Part shown: one piece after another, positions 31,261 to 41,086 of the stretch
How positions within the stretch are numbered: the stretch's first letter is position 1
How the letters are laid out: each line of letters begins with the position of its first letter
DNA from: Spirochaetia bacterium
GTDB taxonomy: Bacteria; Spirochaetota; Spirochaetia; CADAEX01
Direction of reading: 5' to 3'
NCBI GenBank assembly: GCA_963662795.1
Contig: OY759746.1
Coordinates: 3,232,001-3,296,000, forward strand
Length of the DNA: 64,000 bases
Made by a program: the position numbers and the translations under genes
Notes under the pieces: generated by a model
Told to the model about the DNA's origin: nothing
The model's input: the letters and a program-made list of their open reading frames with translations, nothing else
The model's database searches: none

Positions 31261-32753
31261 TAATTAGCCAGAAAATATTTTGAAAATACAGTGCTAAAAT
31301 TATCTGTCAGTTTATCTGATTTAAGAAAATATGATGTCAAAGACTGATCGTTCAGCTGCTGCAGGATGTACGGGTAGTATGCTTCTACAATCTGAGCAAA
31401 CTCCTCATTTACTGAAGTCTTGTTCAATGATAAAAGGACGAGAGAATTTCCAAGAATAACCGGTTCTGAAATATCACCTTCTTTTAGTGAAAACGCTTCT
31501 GTAAGAAAATCTGCATTATAGTTTAATGAATTAAGATCGGCAGGGGCGTTTTCAATTTCAATCTTTTTAAACAGCATTTTATTGCCGTAATTTACAGGAA
31601 AAGATGAAGTTTCGAATATTCTGAAGTTGTTACCGGAAGCTGCCTGCTTAAGATTACCTTCAGTTTTGATTTTATCTGCAATTTTAATAAAATAATCTTC
31701 GATTTTACCTGTTTCATAGTTTTTCATGTAATTCCTGATAGTTGTGACAGATGTGCTGTCATTGAGGTCAAGCATAACAGGCGCTGTATTGCATTTATAA
31801 ATAACCCATCCGGAGATAGTTTCAAGTACCGGTGAAATCTCACCACGGGTCAGGGCAAATACCTTTTCAATGTCTGAGCTGTTCTTCAGCTCCATTTTGA
31901 GGCTGTAATTAAAGGTTTTACCCATATCTCCGCCATTGTCTGCATAACTGTCCTTTGACTGGTTTTTTGCCGTATCGCTGAACGAATCGGGATTTGCTGC
32001 TACTATAGAATGAACTTTTTTAGCGTCTTTCTCACTGGAGAGGATTGTAATTTTGCTCAACTCCATGGATTTGAAAATATCTGAATTTTCTTTTGCAAAA
32101 TCCATCATAGCGCTTTCAGGGTAGTTGTCAAATGATGTATATGCGATATCCACGCTTCTTTCATTTTTACCCATTTGGGAAACAAAATCATATTCATTTT
32201 TACTGATTTTTATCCCCTGAAAAAAGTCTTTAAGGTAAACTTCCTTTGTAAGGCTCTCTTTAATTGATATCCTGTTTTTGTTTTTTTCAGCTCTTGAAGT
32301 GTTGTTGTATTTCTCTATGCTGAATTCCCCGTTTACTGTATAGGGGCCGTATGTCGCAAGTGTCGTATCAATCTTGTTTTCAGAGACATTTACCGAATTT
32401 TTGCCTGTAATCCAGAGAATCGCTGTATGGATTACTGTTCTCTCAAATGCTCCCCGCCAGACCTGATATGCCTGATACTGGATATCGGCACCGCTGTTTT
32501 TATCCAGATTCTGGGCAAGCAGATCTCTCTGCTCAGAAAGATAATTTCCCGGATAAAAATCTATGTTTTTATCTCCGTATTTACCAAAAACTATTTTTGA
32601 TCCATTGCCTGACATTTTGGATGCCACCGGAGCTCCGACAAATGTTACAATAATTACTACCAGTATTATAAAACTGAAAACATATAGAACCGGATGTTTT
32701 TCAATTTTTTTGTCGACGATGGTTTCTGTCTCTTTCTGTTTTTTTGTGCCCAT
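31260..32753 (-). CDS. Membrane-anchored SurA-N/parvulin peptidylprolyl isomerase (PpiD-like)
   Basis: N-terminal TM helix; F...AK.QS.D...NGGDMG and GEISPV parvulin motifs. Confidence 0.8.
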   Translation of the reverse strand: MGTKKQKETETIVDKKIEKHPVLYVFSFIILVVIIVTFVGAPVASKMSGNGSKIVFGKYGDKNIDFYPGNYLSEQRDLLAQNLDKNSGADIQYQAYQVWRGAFERTVIHTAILWITGKNSVNVSENKIDTTLATYGPYTVNGEFSIEKYNNTSRAEKNKNRISIKESLTKEVYLKDFFQGIKISKNEYDFVSQMGKNERSVDIAYTSFDNYPESAMMDFAKENSDIFKSMELSKITILSSEKDAKKVHSIVAANPDSFSDTAKNQSKDSYADNGGDMGKTFNYSLKMELKNSSDIEKVFALTRGEISPVLETISGWVIYKCNTAPVMLDLNDSTSVTTIRNYMKNYETGKIEDYFIKIADKIKTEGNLKQAASGNNFRIFETSSFPVNYGNKMLFKKIEIENAPADLNSLNYNADFLTEAFSLKEGDISEPVILGNSLVLLSLNKTSVNEEFAQIVEAYYPYILQQLNDQSLTSYFLKSDKLTDNFSTVFSKYFLAN

Positions 32754-32838
32754 TTTTAATCCTGTAAATAAATTTAAGAAACAATATCACGGCGGAATGA
32801 AAAATGTCAATTATAGTAAAAAAGTAATATGGAACATC

Positions 32839-32867
32839 TTGACACTAAAAAACAATATCGATATATT
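32839..32867 (+). promoter_or_regulatory. Sigma70-type promoter of tRNA-Asp
   Basis: TTGACA-17nt-TATATT, 12 nt before the tRNA. Confidence 0.75.
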
Positions 32868-32879
32868 TGCAAAGGTAAT

Positions 32880-32953
32880 GGGGGTGTGGCGAAGCTGGTT
32901 ATCGCACCGGCCTGTCAAGCCGGGGATCGCGGGTTCAAGCCCCGTCGCTCCCG
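32880..32953 (+). tRNA. tRNA-Asp (GTC)
   Basis: Acceptor GGGGGTG/CGCTCCC, anticodon arm CCGGC-CT-GTC-AA-GCCGG, T arm GCGGG-TTCAAGC-CCCGT. Confidence 0.95.
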
Positions 32954-32956
32954 TTC

Positions 32957-32989
32957 ATAAGTCCTTGCTCTGCAAGGACTTATTTTTTT
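32957..32989 (+). terminator. Rho-independent terminator after tRNA-Asp
   Basis: ATAAGTCCTTGC-tct-GCAAGGACTTAT followed by a T run. Confidence 0.88.
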
Positions 32990-33131
32990 GCCCTATACTT
33001 TGGAATAATTAAAAAATATTTACAAAATCAAAAATCAGAATTGATGCAGTTCATCTTGCTGAACTGTTTAAACAGGCATCCCGAAATATAAAATAATAAA
33101 CAAAAAAGGTAAACTGAATCATTTCTGATGC

Positions 33132-33160
33132 TTGTAAATATCCTGTAAATAATATATAAT
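33132..33160 (+). promoter_or_regulatory. Sigma70-type promoter of the 4Fe-4S gene
   Basis: TTGTAA-17nt-TATAAT. Confidence 0.6.
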
Positions 33161-33191
33161 AAAAATAATATATAACAAATACTGGAGCACA

Positions 33192-33713
33192 ATGATGAAT
33201 TCAAATCTTAATAAGAAAAGCATCGCAGGAACAGCCTCTTTATACCGGGTAAGCATCCAGATGGTTCTTGCCTTTCTTCTTTACATGTCTTACGCCTATC
33301 TGGGGATAAGCATCTGGATTATTCTGGCATTCGGGGCTGTAACAGGTCTTATATTCGGAAAGGTATTCTGCAGGTGGCTTTGTCCGATAGGTGTAATTAT
33401 GGAGCTGTTTATGGGATTCGGCGGATCTGACAGCAAATTCAAACAGATGTATCAGTATCATAAAATCGGCTGTCCGATTGCATGGATTTCCGGTGCCCTG
33501 AACAGGTTTTCCATTTTTAAACTAAAGACAGATGCATCATCATGTATTTCCTGCGGACTTTGCGATAAATCATGTTATATCTCAAAAATTGAACCTGAAA
33601 AATACAGTCTGTACAAAAAAGGCAAAGAGCGCCCCGGTGATGCCTTTTCATGCTCCCGCTGTCTCTCCTGCGTGGCATCCTGTCCCAGGGGGAGCATTAC
33701 TTTTAAAGTTTAA
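33192..33713 (+). CDS. Membrane 4Fe-4S binding protein (NapH/YccM-like)
   Basis: TM helices, GKVFCRWLCPIG, CISCGLCDKSC and CSRCLSCVASCP. Confidence 0.8.
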   Translation: MMNSNLNKKSIAGTASLYRVSIQMVLAFLLYMSYAYLGISIWIILAFGAVTGLIFGKVFCRWLCPIGVIMELFMGFGGSDSKFKQMYQYHKIGCPIAWISGALNRFSIFKLKTDASSCISCGLCDKSCYISKIEPEKYSLYKKGKERPGDAFSCSRCLSCVASCPRGSITFKV

Positions 33714-34005
33714 AAAAATCAGAGTCATGATTTTAAAGATTTTCAACATCTGATAATATCCAAACCATTAGGTTTCCTGTATAAAACTTCTTCATTTCCC
33801 GTGAAGCATACTCAAACATTAATTGTGCAGCAATTCACTTAATTTTGATAATCAGATAAAATTATGATATAAATGAAAAGTAGATTAGTTATGCGGAAAA
33901 GATCTAAAACCGCCCGTAGAGGATCCCCTGGACGCCATTGATGCTTATCAAACCGTGTCAAATCCGTAGCAGACTAAGAATTAATGGCAAATCTGGAGAA
34001 TAACT

Positions 34006-35583
34006 GTGGCAAATAATCATAATACAAATAAAGAACAAGAACGTGCCGAACTGCACCGCGCTATCTGGCAGATCGCTAACGACCTGCGCGGCAGCGTGGA
34101 CGGCTGGGACTTCAAGCAGTATGTTCTGGGGATACTATTCTACCGCTTCATCAGCGAGAATCTAACCATCTACATCAATGAAGATGAGCAGCGAAGCGGC
34201 AATAAGGATTTTGATTACGCCAAACTTTCAGACAAAGAAGCGGAATTTGGACGGACCGAAACAGTCAGGGAAAAAGGGTTTTATATCTTGCCGAGCGAGC
34301 TTTTTCTCAATGTCCGCGCCAAAGCACGTTATGATGTCAACCTCAACGAAACACTGGCCGCGATATTCCGCAACATTGAAAGTTCTGCCAAGGGATTGGA
34401 CAGCGAAGATGACCTCAAAGGCTTGTTTGATGATCTCGATGTGAACGCCGGGAAACTCGGCAATACGGTAGAAAAGCGAAACCAAAAACTGGTGAAGCTT
34501 TTAGAGGCGATCGGCGACCTGAAGCTGGGTAATTATTACGACAACACGATTGACGCTTTCGGCGATGCCTATGAGTTTCTGATGACCATGTACGCTGCGA
34601 ATGCAGGCAAGTCCGGAGGTGAATTTTTTACACCGCAGGAGGTGAGTGAGCTGCTTGCCGAGATTACAACAGTCGACAAAAAAGAGGTGAACAAGGTCTA
34701 TGACCCGGCCTGCGGTTCCGGCTCTTTGCTGCTCAAATTCGTCAAAGTCCTCGGAAAAGAGAATGTCAGACAAGGTTTCTTTGGGCAGGAAATCAACCTG
34801 ACTATATATAACCTCTGCCGTATCAATATGTTTTTGCACGATATCAATTACAATCACTTTGATATTGCCCACGGCGACACACTTACCGATCCAAAACACT
34901 GGGATGATGAGCCGTTTGACGCGATAGTTTCCAATCCGCCCTATTCCATCAGGTGGGAAGGGGACAACAATCCTCTGCTGATTAACGACCCGCGTTTCTC
35001 ACCGGCGGGAGTGTTGGCGCCCAAGAGTAAGGCCGACCTTGCCTTTACCATGCACATGCTCTCCTGGCTTTCCACCAGCGGTACGGCGGCGATTGTTGAA
35101 TTCCCCGGTGTGCTCTACCGCAGCGGTGCCGAGCAGAAGATCCGCAAATATCTTGTAGATAACAATTACATCGATACCGTAATCCAGCTGCCGCCCGATC
35201 TTTTCTTCGGCACGACTATCGCCACCTGCATTATCGTGCTTAAAAAGAGCAAGAAGGACAACAAAACCCTCTTTATCGATGCCTCAGCAGAATTTGTACG
35301 CAGGGGAAACAAAAACAAGCTGAGCGATGAAAACCGCGAAAGGATACTTGAGGCGTTTATAAAACGCGAAAATATCGAGCATTTTGCCAAATTGGTCAGC
35401 AATAAAGCTATTGGAGATAACGACTACAACATCGCGGTATCAAGCTATGTGGCGCAAAAAGATACCCGCGAAGTGATCGATATTACAACACTAAACGCCG
35501 AGATATCGGGTATTGTTGCCAGGCAGAATGAACTGCGAAAAGCCATAGATGAAATCGTGGCTGATCTGGAGGGAAGCCGGTAA
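34006..35583 (+). CDS. hsdM: Type I restriction-modification methyltransferase subunit
   Basis: [25 protein letters not shown]. Confidence 0.96.
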   Translation: MANNHNTNKEQERAELHRAIWQIANDLRGSVDGWDFKQYVLGILFYRFISENLTIYINEDEQRSGNKDFDYAKLSDKEAEFGRTETVREKGFYILPSELFLNVRAKARYDVNLNETLAAIFRNIESSAKGLDSEDDLKGLFDDLDVNAGKLGNTVEKRNQKLVKLLEAIGDLKLGNYYDNTIDAFGDAYEFLMTMYAANAGKSGGEFFTPQEVSELLAEITTVDKKEVNKVYDPACGSGSLLLKFVKVLGKENVRQGFFGQEINLTIYNLCRINMFLHDINYNHFDIAHGDTLTDPKHWDDEPFDAIVSNPPYSIRWEGDNNPLLINDPRFSPAGVLAPKSKADLAFTMHMLSWLSTSGTAAIVEFPGVLYRSGAEQKIRKYLVDNNYIDTVIQLPPDLFFGTTIATCIIVLKKSKKDNKTLFIDASAEFVRRGNKNKLSDENRERILEAFIKRENIEHFAKLVSNKAIGDNDYNIAVSSYVAQKDTREVIDITTLNAEISGIVARQNELRKAIDEIVADLEGSR

Positions 35584-36644
35584 TGAAAAAAGCTGACAAA
35601 CCATCGAATGACGAGATCATACGTTCCTCCGCGGCTGAATACATCACCTTTATTTCGGCAGCAGGCGAGGGCCGGCAGAGCATTGAACTGAGGTACGAGG
35701 ATGATAATATCTGGATGACGCAAAAAATGATGGCCGAAATGTACGGAGTTTCGGTCCCGGCTATTCGCCAGCATTTGAATACATTGATCAAGGATAGCGA
35801 ACTGGAGGAGGCAACTATTAAGCAATACTTAATAGTTCAAAAAGAAGGCGATCGTGAAGTACAAAGAAAGGTGGACCATTATAATCTACAGGCGGCTATT
35901 TCTGTCGGATTTAAAATAGAGAACGAGCGGGCCGTTCAATTCAGAAAATGGGCCAGGGAAATTGTCAAAGAATATACCATCAAGGGTTTTGCGATGGATG
36001 ATGAGCGCCTTAAACAAGGCGGTAGTGTCCTGACAAACCAGTTTTTTGACGAATTATTAGAACGAATTCGGGAGATCCGTCTTTCGGAAAGAAAGTTTTA
36101 CCAGAAAATTACGGATATTTACGCGACAGCCCTTGATTATGACAGCACCGCTAAAACTACGCAAAGATTTTTTGCCATGGTGCAGAATAAACTGCACTGG
36201 GCGATTCATGGGCAGACAGCCGCTGAGGTAATTGTGGCACGGGCAAATGCGGACAAGTACCACATGGGACTAAGCACCTGGAAAGACGCGCCAAAGGGAA
36301 AAATCCAGAAGTTTGATGTATCGATTGCCAAGAACTATCTGTCGGAAACCGAACTGGCAAGCCTTGAGCGGATTGTTTCGGCGTATCTGGATATTGCCGA
36401 AGATATGGCAATGCGGCACATCCCCATGACAATGAATGACTGGGAAGTGCGGCTGGACAGATTCATTGCCATGACCGACCGCGATGTGCTTAAGGATGCC
36501 GGAAAAGTAACACACGAACTTGCCAAAGAATTTGCTGAAACAGAATTTGAAAAATACCGCATCACCCAGGACCGTCTGTTTGAAAGCGATTTTGACCGGC
36601 TTGTGAACCAGTTCCTGGAAGATAAAAAACAGGATCGGAAATGA
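35583..36644 (+). CDS. rhuM: RhuM family protein
   Basis: IWMTQKMMAE, YNL.A.ISVG, QFRKWA, KGFAMDDERLK, IREIRLSERKFYQKITDIYAT. Confidence 0.88.
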   Translation: MKKADKPSNDEIIRSSAAEYITFISAAGEGRQSIELRYEDDNIWMTQKMMAEMYGVSVPAIRQHLNTLIKDSELEEATIKQYLIVQKEGDREVQRKVDHYNLQAAISVGFKIENERAVQFRKWAREIVKEYTIKGFAMDDERLKQGGSVLTNQFFDELLERIREIRLSERKFYQKITDIYATALDYDSTAKTTQRFFAMVQNKLHWAIHGQTAAEVIVARANADKYHMGLSTWKDAPKGKIQKFDVSIAKNYLSETELASLERIVSAYLDIAEDMAMRHIPMTMNDWEVRLDRFIAMTDRDVLKDAGKVTHELAKEFAETEFEKYRITQDRLFESDFDRLVNQFLEDKKQDRK

Positions 36645-37882
36645 CTAAACATTTGAATAGAATCGATAAACTGATCGCCGAGCTCTGCCCTGAAGGGGTG
36701 GAGATTAAAATAATACAAGATGTTTGTAAAAATGTTACTTCTGGTGGTACTCCTTCTACTGCACAACCAGAATATTATGGTGGTAATATTCCTTGGTTAA
36801 GAACTCAGGAAGTTGATTGGTTGAATATTTATGACACTGAAATAAGAATTACAAAAGAAGGCTTGAAAAATTCTTCTGCAAAAATGATTCCTGAAAATTC
36901 TGTAATTGTAGCTATGTACGGTGCAACAGCTGCAAAAGTAGCAATAAATAAAATTTCATTATGTACAAATCAGGCATGTTGTAATTTAGAGATTGACGAG
37001 AAACAAGCAGATTATAGATATGTCTTTTATTGGCTTTGTAATGAATACAGAACTCTAAAAGCATTAGGAGAAGGATCTCAATCAAACATCAATGGACAAA
37101 AAATCAAAAACTTCCGTATCCTCATCCCGCCCCTTGCCATCCAGCAAGAGATCGTAAAAATTCTGGATACCTTTACTGAACTGGAGGCTGAACTGGAGGC
37201 TGAACTGGAGGCGCGGAAAAAGCAGTATGAGTATTATCGGGATGAGCTGTTGACCTTTGGGGAGGATGTGGAGTGTAAGACGCTGGGGGAGGTTGGAGAG
37301 TTTATCAGGGGTAGAAGATTTGTTAAAGACGATATTGTCTCAGAAGGTGTTCCTTGTATTCATTACGGTGAAATGTACACTCATTATCAAATCTGGGCAA
37401 AAAAATCCAAGTCTTATTTAGAGCCAGCTTTAGCTGCAAAACTTAGAGTTGCTCACCCTGGGGATGTTGTTATAGTTGCAGCAGGCGAAACCATTGAAGA
37501 TATCGGAAATGGAGTAGCTTGGCTGGGCGAGTCAGATGTCGTTATTCACGATGCGTGTTTTGCATTTAATCATTATTTGAACCCCAAATATGTATCCTAT
37601 TATTTGCGAACGAATCTTTTCCGGTCTCAAATTAAAAGATATATATCTTCCGGTAAAATCTCGTCGATCAATTCTGCTGGTTTAAGTAAGGCAAAAATCC
37701 CCATCCCACCCCTCGCTGAACAAGAACGCATCGTCGCCATACTCGATAAATTTGACGCTCTGGTGAATGATATATCAATTGGTTTGCCGGCAGAACTTAA
37801 TGCCCGGCGCAAACAATACGAATATTACAGGTACAAACTGCTAACGTTTGAGCCATTGGAAAAAGAATATGTCAAACAATAG
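36641..37882 (+). CDS. hsdS: Type I R-M specificity subunit (IC-like)
   Basis: Two AT-rich TRDs with IPPL..Q..IV.ILD conserved regions; ELEA tetrapeptide repeat; RKQYEYYR. Confidence 0.95.
   Translation: MTKHLNRIDKLIAELCPEGVEIKIIQDVCKNVTSGGTPSTAQPEYYGGNIPWLRTQEVDWLNIYDTEIRITKEGLKNSSAKMIPENSVIVAMYGATAAKVAINKISLCTNQACCNLEIDEKQADYRYVFYWLCNEYRTLKALGEGSQSNINGQKIKNFRILIPPLAIQQEIVKILDTFTELEAELEAELEARKKQYEYYRDELLTFGEDVECKTLGEVGEFIRGRRFVKDDIVSEGVPCIHYGEMYTHYQIWAKKSKSYLEPALAAKLRVAHPGDVVIVAAGETIEDIGNGVAWLGESDVVIHDACFAFNHYLNPKYVSYYLRTNLFRSQIKRYISSGKISSINSAGLSKAKIPIPPLAEQERIVAILDKFDALVNDISIGLPAELNARRKQYEYYRYKLLTFEPLEKEYVKQ
37176..37211 (+). repeat. 12-bp tandem repeat x3 in the hsdS linker
   Basis: (CTGAACTGGAGG)x3, perfect copies, encoding T-ELEA-ELEA-ELEA. 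Confidence 0.95.
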
Positions 37883-40800
37883 CCGTTATAATCTTGTGGC
37901 GGAAAATCCGCAAAGCACGGTGGTGGCGGAATACACAGCTGAGTACCGTGTCGCCAAGTCGTACCAGAGCGAGGCGGACCTTGAGCGCGCCTTTATTGAA
38001 CAGTTAAAGTCGCAGGCTTATGAGTTTCTGTCCATTACTTGCGAATCTGATCTGGTGCTCAATCTGCGAGGGCAGTTGGAAAATCTTAACAGCTTAACTT
38101 TTTCCGATGCCGAATGGGAAAGGTTTTTTACCGGTGAAATCGCAAATCCAAACCAGAGCATTGCCGAGAAAACAGTTACCATTCAGGAAGATTACATCAA
38201 GAATCTCAAAAAGGATGACGGGACTGTCAAAAACGTCTACCTCCTCCGTAAAGACAAGATCCACGAAAACAGTTTGCAGGTGATCAACCAATACGCTACC
38301 GAAAAGGGCCAGCGGAAAAATCGCTACGATGTAACGGTGCTGGTCAATGGCTTGCCGCTTGTGCATATTGAACTTAAACGGCGGGGAGTAGCAATCCAGG
38401 AAGCATTTAACCAGATCAACCGTTACCAGAGAGAAAGCTTCTGGTCAGGCTCAGGTCTTTTTGAGTATGTGCAGATTTTTGTCATCTCCAACGGCACCCA
38501 CACCAAATACTACAGCAACACAACGCGATCGGAACATATCAGGGAATCGGCTGAAGGGGTTGTCAAAAAAGGGAAACGCACCAGCAACAGCTTTGAGTTT
38601 ACAAGCTGGTGGGCGGACGCTACAAATAGACCCATTACAGACCTTGTTGATTTTTCCAAAACCTTTTTTGCCAAACATGCGCTGCTCAACATTCTCACCC
38701 GCTACTGCGTGTTTACCACCGAAAAACAGCTTTTGGCGATGCGCCCATATCAGATCGTGGCGACTGAGAAAATCTTAAGCAAAATAGAGATCAGCACAAA
38801 CTATAAAAAACTCGGCACCATTGATGCGGGCGGTTATATCTGGCACACCACAGGTTCGGGTAAAACCCTTACCAGTTTCAAGACAGCCCAACTGGCAAGC
38901 AGATTGCCCTATGTTGACAAGGTACTGTTTGTGGTTGACCGCAAAGACCTTGATTATCAGACTATGCGAGAATACGACAAGTTCGAGAAAGGGGCGGCCG
39001 ATAGCAACACCAGTACGGCCATATTAAAACGCCAACTTGAGGACACAGGCACGCGCATAATTATCACCACGATTCAAAAGCTTGACCGGTTCATAGGATG
39101 TAATAAAAAGCATACTATTTTTGATGGCCATATTGTACTCATCTTTGATGAATGTCACCGCTCGCAGTTTGGAGAAATGCACGCCGCCATTACCAGGGCG
39201 TTTAAAAACTACCATCTCTTCGGCTTTACCGGCACGCCGATCTTTGCCGTGAACTCTTCCTCCGGAGGTAGGCCTGATTTCAAGACCACCGCCCAGGCGT
39301 TTGGTGATAAATTGCACACCTATACCATTGTGGACGCCATTGCCGATAAAAATGTGCTGCCGTTTAAGGTTGATTATATCTCTACCGTGCGTGAAGCAGA
39401 AAACATTGAAGATAAAAAAGTCCGCGATATTGACCGCGAAGCAGTGCTTGCAGCACCTGAGCGGTTGGCGAATATTGTGCGGTATATTATTGATCATTTT
39501 AATCAGAAAACAAAACGGAACAACAGGTTTTTCACCCATGGTGTTACCAGAAATATCAATGAGATTGTAGCGGCAAAGGACAGGGCAAAGATTGCCAGGA
39601 TCATGGAGAAAATCAGATTGTCCGGCTTTAACTCCATCTTTGCCGTTTCGTCCATTGATGCTGCAAAAAAATACTACGCTGAATTCCAAAAACAGCTTAC
39701 AGACGCCCCGAGCGATAAAAAACTCAAAATAGCACTTATTTACAGCTTTGGTGTAAACGAGGAAAAAATCGACGGTATAATAGACGAGAACTCAGAAGAT
39801 ACTGGTGGATTGGATAAAAGCTCAAGGGACTTCCTTGAGAACGCCATCAAAGACTACAATGCCATGTTCGGGACTTCCTATGACACCTCTTCCGATAAAT
39901 TCCAGAATTACTATAAAGATGTCAGCGAACGTGTAAAAAACCGTGAAGTGGATATTCTGCTTGTGGTGAATATGTTTTTGACAGGCTTTGACGCGACGAC
40001 GCTCAACACATTGTGGGTAGATAAAAACCTGCGCCTACATGGTTTGCTGCAAGCGTTTTCGCGCACCAACCGCATCCTGAATACCATCAAAACGTTCGGC
40101 AACATTGTTTGCTTCCGCAATCTGGAAAAATCGACCAATGAATCCATTGCCCTATTTGGCGATAAAGAAGCCGGTGGACTTGTACTGTTAAAATCGTATG
40201 ATGATTACTATAACGGGTATAAAAACGGCGACAAGGAAGTCCGTGGATATACCAGTCTGGTTGAAGAACTTTTAGTAAGATTCCCGGTCGGCGAGCAGAT
40301 TATCGGTGAACAAAACCAAAAGGATTTCATCAGTCTCTATGGCGCAATCTTGCGGGTGAGAAATATCCTGACAACTTTTGATGAATTCAGCGGTAATGAG
40401 ATTTTAACCGAGCGGGACATTCAGGATTATCACAGCACCTACATTGATCTTTATAACGAGTTCCGCAAGAAAGATGAAGGCGAGAAAGAAAACATCAACG
40501 ATGATCTCGTGTTTGAAATGGAGCTCATTAAACAGATCGAGATCAATATTGATTATATTTTAGGACTTGTTAAAAAATACCACGAAGACCATATCAAAAA
40601 TCGTGAACTGCTTGTTGACATCAACAAGGCCATCGACTCAAGCGTTGAACTGCGCAATAAAAAAGAGCTCATCAACCAGTTTATCGCATCACTTGATATC
40701 CATTCGGTTGTGGATGAAGACTGGCAGAAGTATGTGGAGAAGAAAAAGATTGAAGAGCTGGAAGAGATTATAAGGTACGAAGATCTTGATCACGACGAAA

Positions 40801-40991
40801 CCTATAAATTTGTGCGCAATGCGTTTCGTAACGGTATTTTAGCAACTACTGGTACTAATCTCTCCAAAGTTATGCCGCCCGTATCACGCTTTTCTCATGG
40901 AGGAGAGCGTACCAAAAAACGTGAGAGCGTTTTGGAGAAATTAACACTATTCTTTGAGCGTTTTTTTGATATATCCAACGGAACTATTTAA
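37869..40991 (+). CDS. hsdR: Type I restriction endonuclease subunit R
   Basis: RYDV..VHIELK nuclease motif, QINRY, HTTGSGKT, DECHRS, FTGTP, QAFSRTNR. Confidence 0.96.
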   Translation: MSNNSRYNLVAENPQSTVVAEYTAEYRVAKSYQSEADLERAFIEQLKSQAYEFLSITCESDLVLNLRGQLENLNSLTFSDAEWERFFTGEIANPNQSIAEKTVTIQEDYIKNLKKDDGTVKNVYLLRKDKIHENSLQVINQYATEKGQRKNRYDVTVLVNGLPLVHIELKRRGVAIQEAFNQINRYQRESFWSGSGLFEYVQIFVISNGTHTKYYSNTTRSEHIRESAEGVVKKGKRTSNSFEFTSWWADATNRPITDLVDFSKTFFAKHALLNILTRYCVFTTEKQLLAMRPYQIVATEKILSKIEISTNYKKLGTIDAGGYIWHTTGSGKTLTSFKTAQLASRLPYVDKVLFVVDRKDLDYQTMREYDKFEKGAADSNTSTAILKRQLEDTGTRIIITTIQKLDRFIGCNKKHTIFDGHIVLIFDECHRSQFGEMHAAITRAFKNYHLFGFTGTPIFAVNSSSGGRPDFKTTAQAFGDKLHTYTIVDAIADKNVLPFKVDYISTVREAENIEDKKVRDIDREAVLAAPERLANIVRYIIDHFNQKTKRNNRFFTHGVTRNINEIVAAKDRAKIARIMEKIRLSGFNSIFAVSSIDAAKKYYAEFQKQLTDAPSDKKLKIALIYSFGVNEEKIDGIIDENSEDTGGLDKSSRDFLENAIKDYNAMFGTSYDTSSDKFQNYYKDVSERVKNREVDILLVVNMFLTGFDATTLNTLWVDKNLRLHGLLQAFSRTNRILNTIKTFGNIVCFRNLEKSTNESIALFGDKEAGGLVLLKSYDDYYNGYKNGDKEVRGYTSLVEELLVRFPVGEQIIGEQNQKDFISLYGAILRVRNILTTFDEFSGNEILTERDIQDYHSTYIDLYNEFRKKDEGEKENINDDLVFEMELIKQIEINIDYILGLVKKYHEDHIKNRELLVDINKAIDSSVELRNKKELINQFIASLDIHSVVDEDWQKYVEKKKIEELEEIIRYEDLDHDETYKFVRNAFRNGILATTGTNLSKVMPPVSRFSHGGERTKKRESVLEKLTLFFERFFDISNGTI

Positions 40992-41086
40992 GGATGACAG
41001 AGGTAAGTATTGCGCTTAGTGACATACAGAGATTGATCATCTCTGAGTCGGTGACGTATCTTTCTCTACTTAAAAATCTCAATTCG

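Noticed and set aside
33891-33941. 16-codon basic ORF (MRKRSKTARRGSPGRH) upstream of hsdM
   Set aside because: No RBS or other support; a chance ORF of this length is expected
39024-39689. Long antisense ORFs (e.g. 39024-39689, 13636-14226, 53150-53695, 32563-33012)
   Set aside because: They are shadows of well-supported genes or overlap a tRNA, with no recognisable motifs
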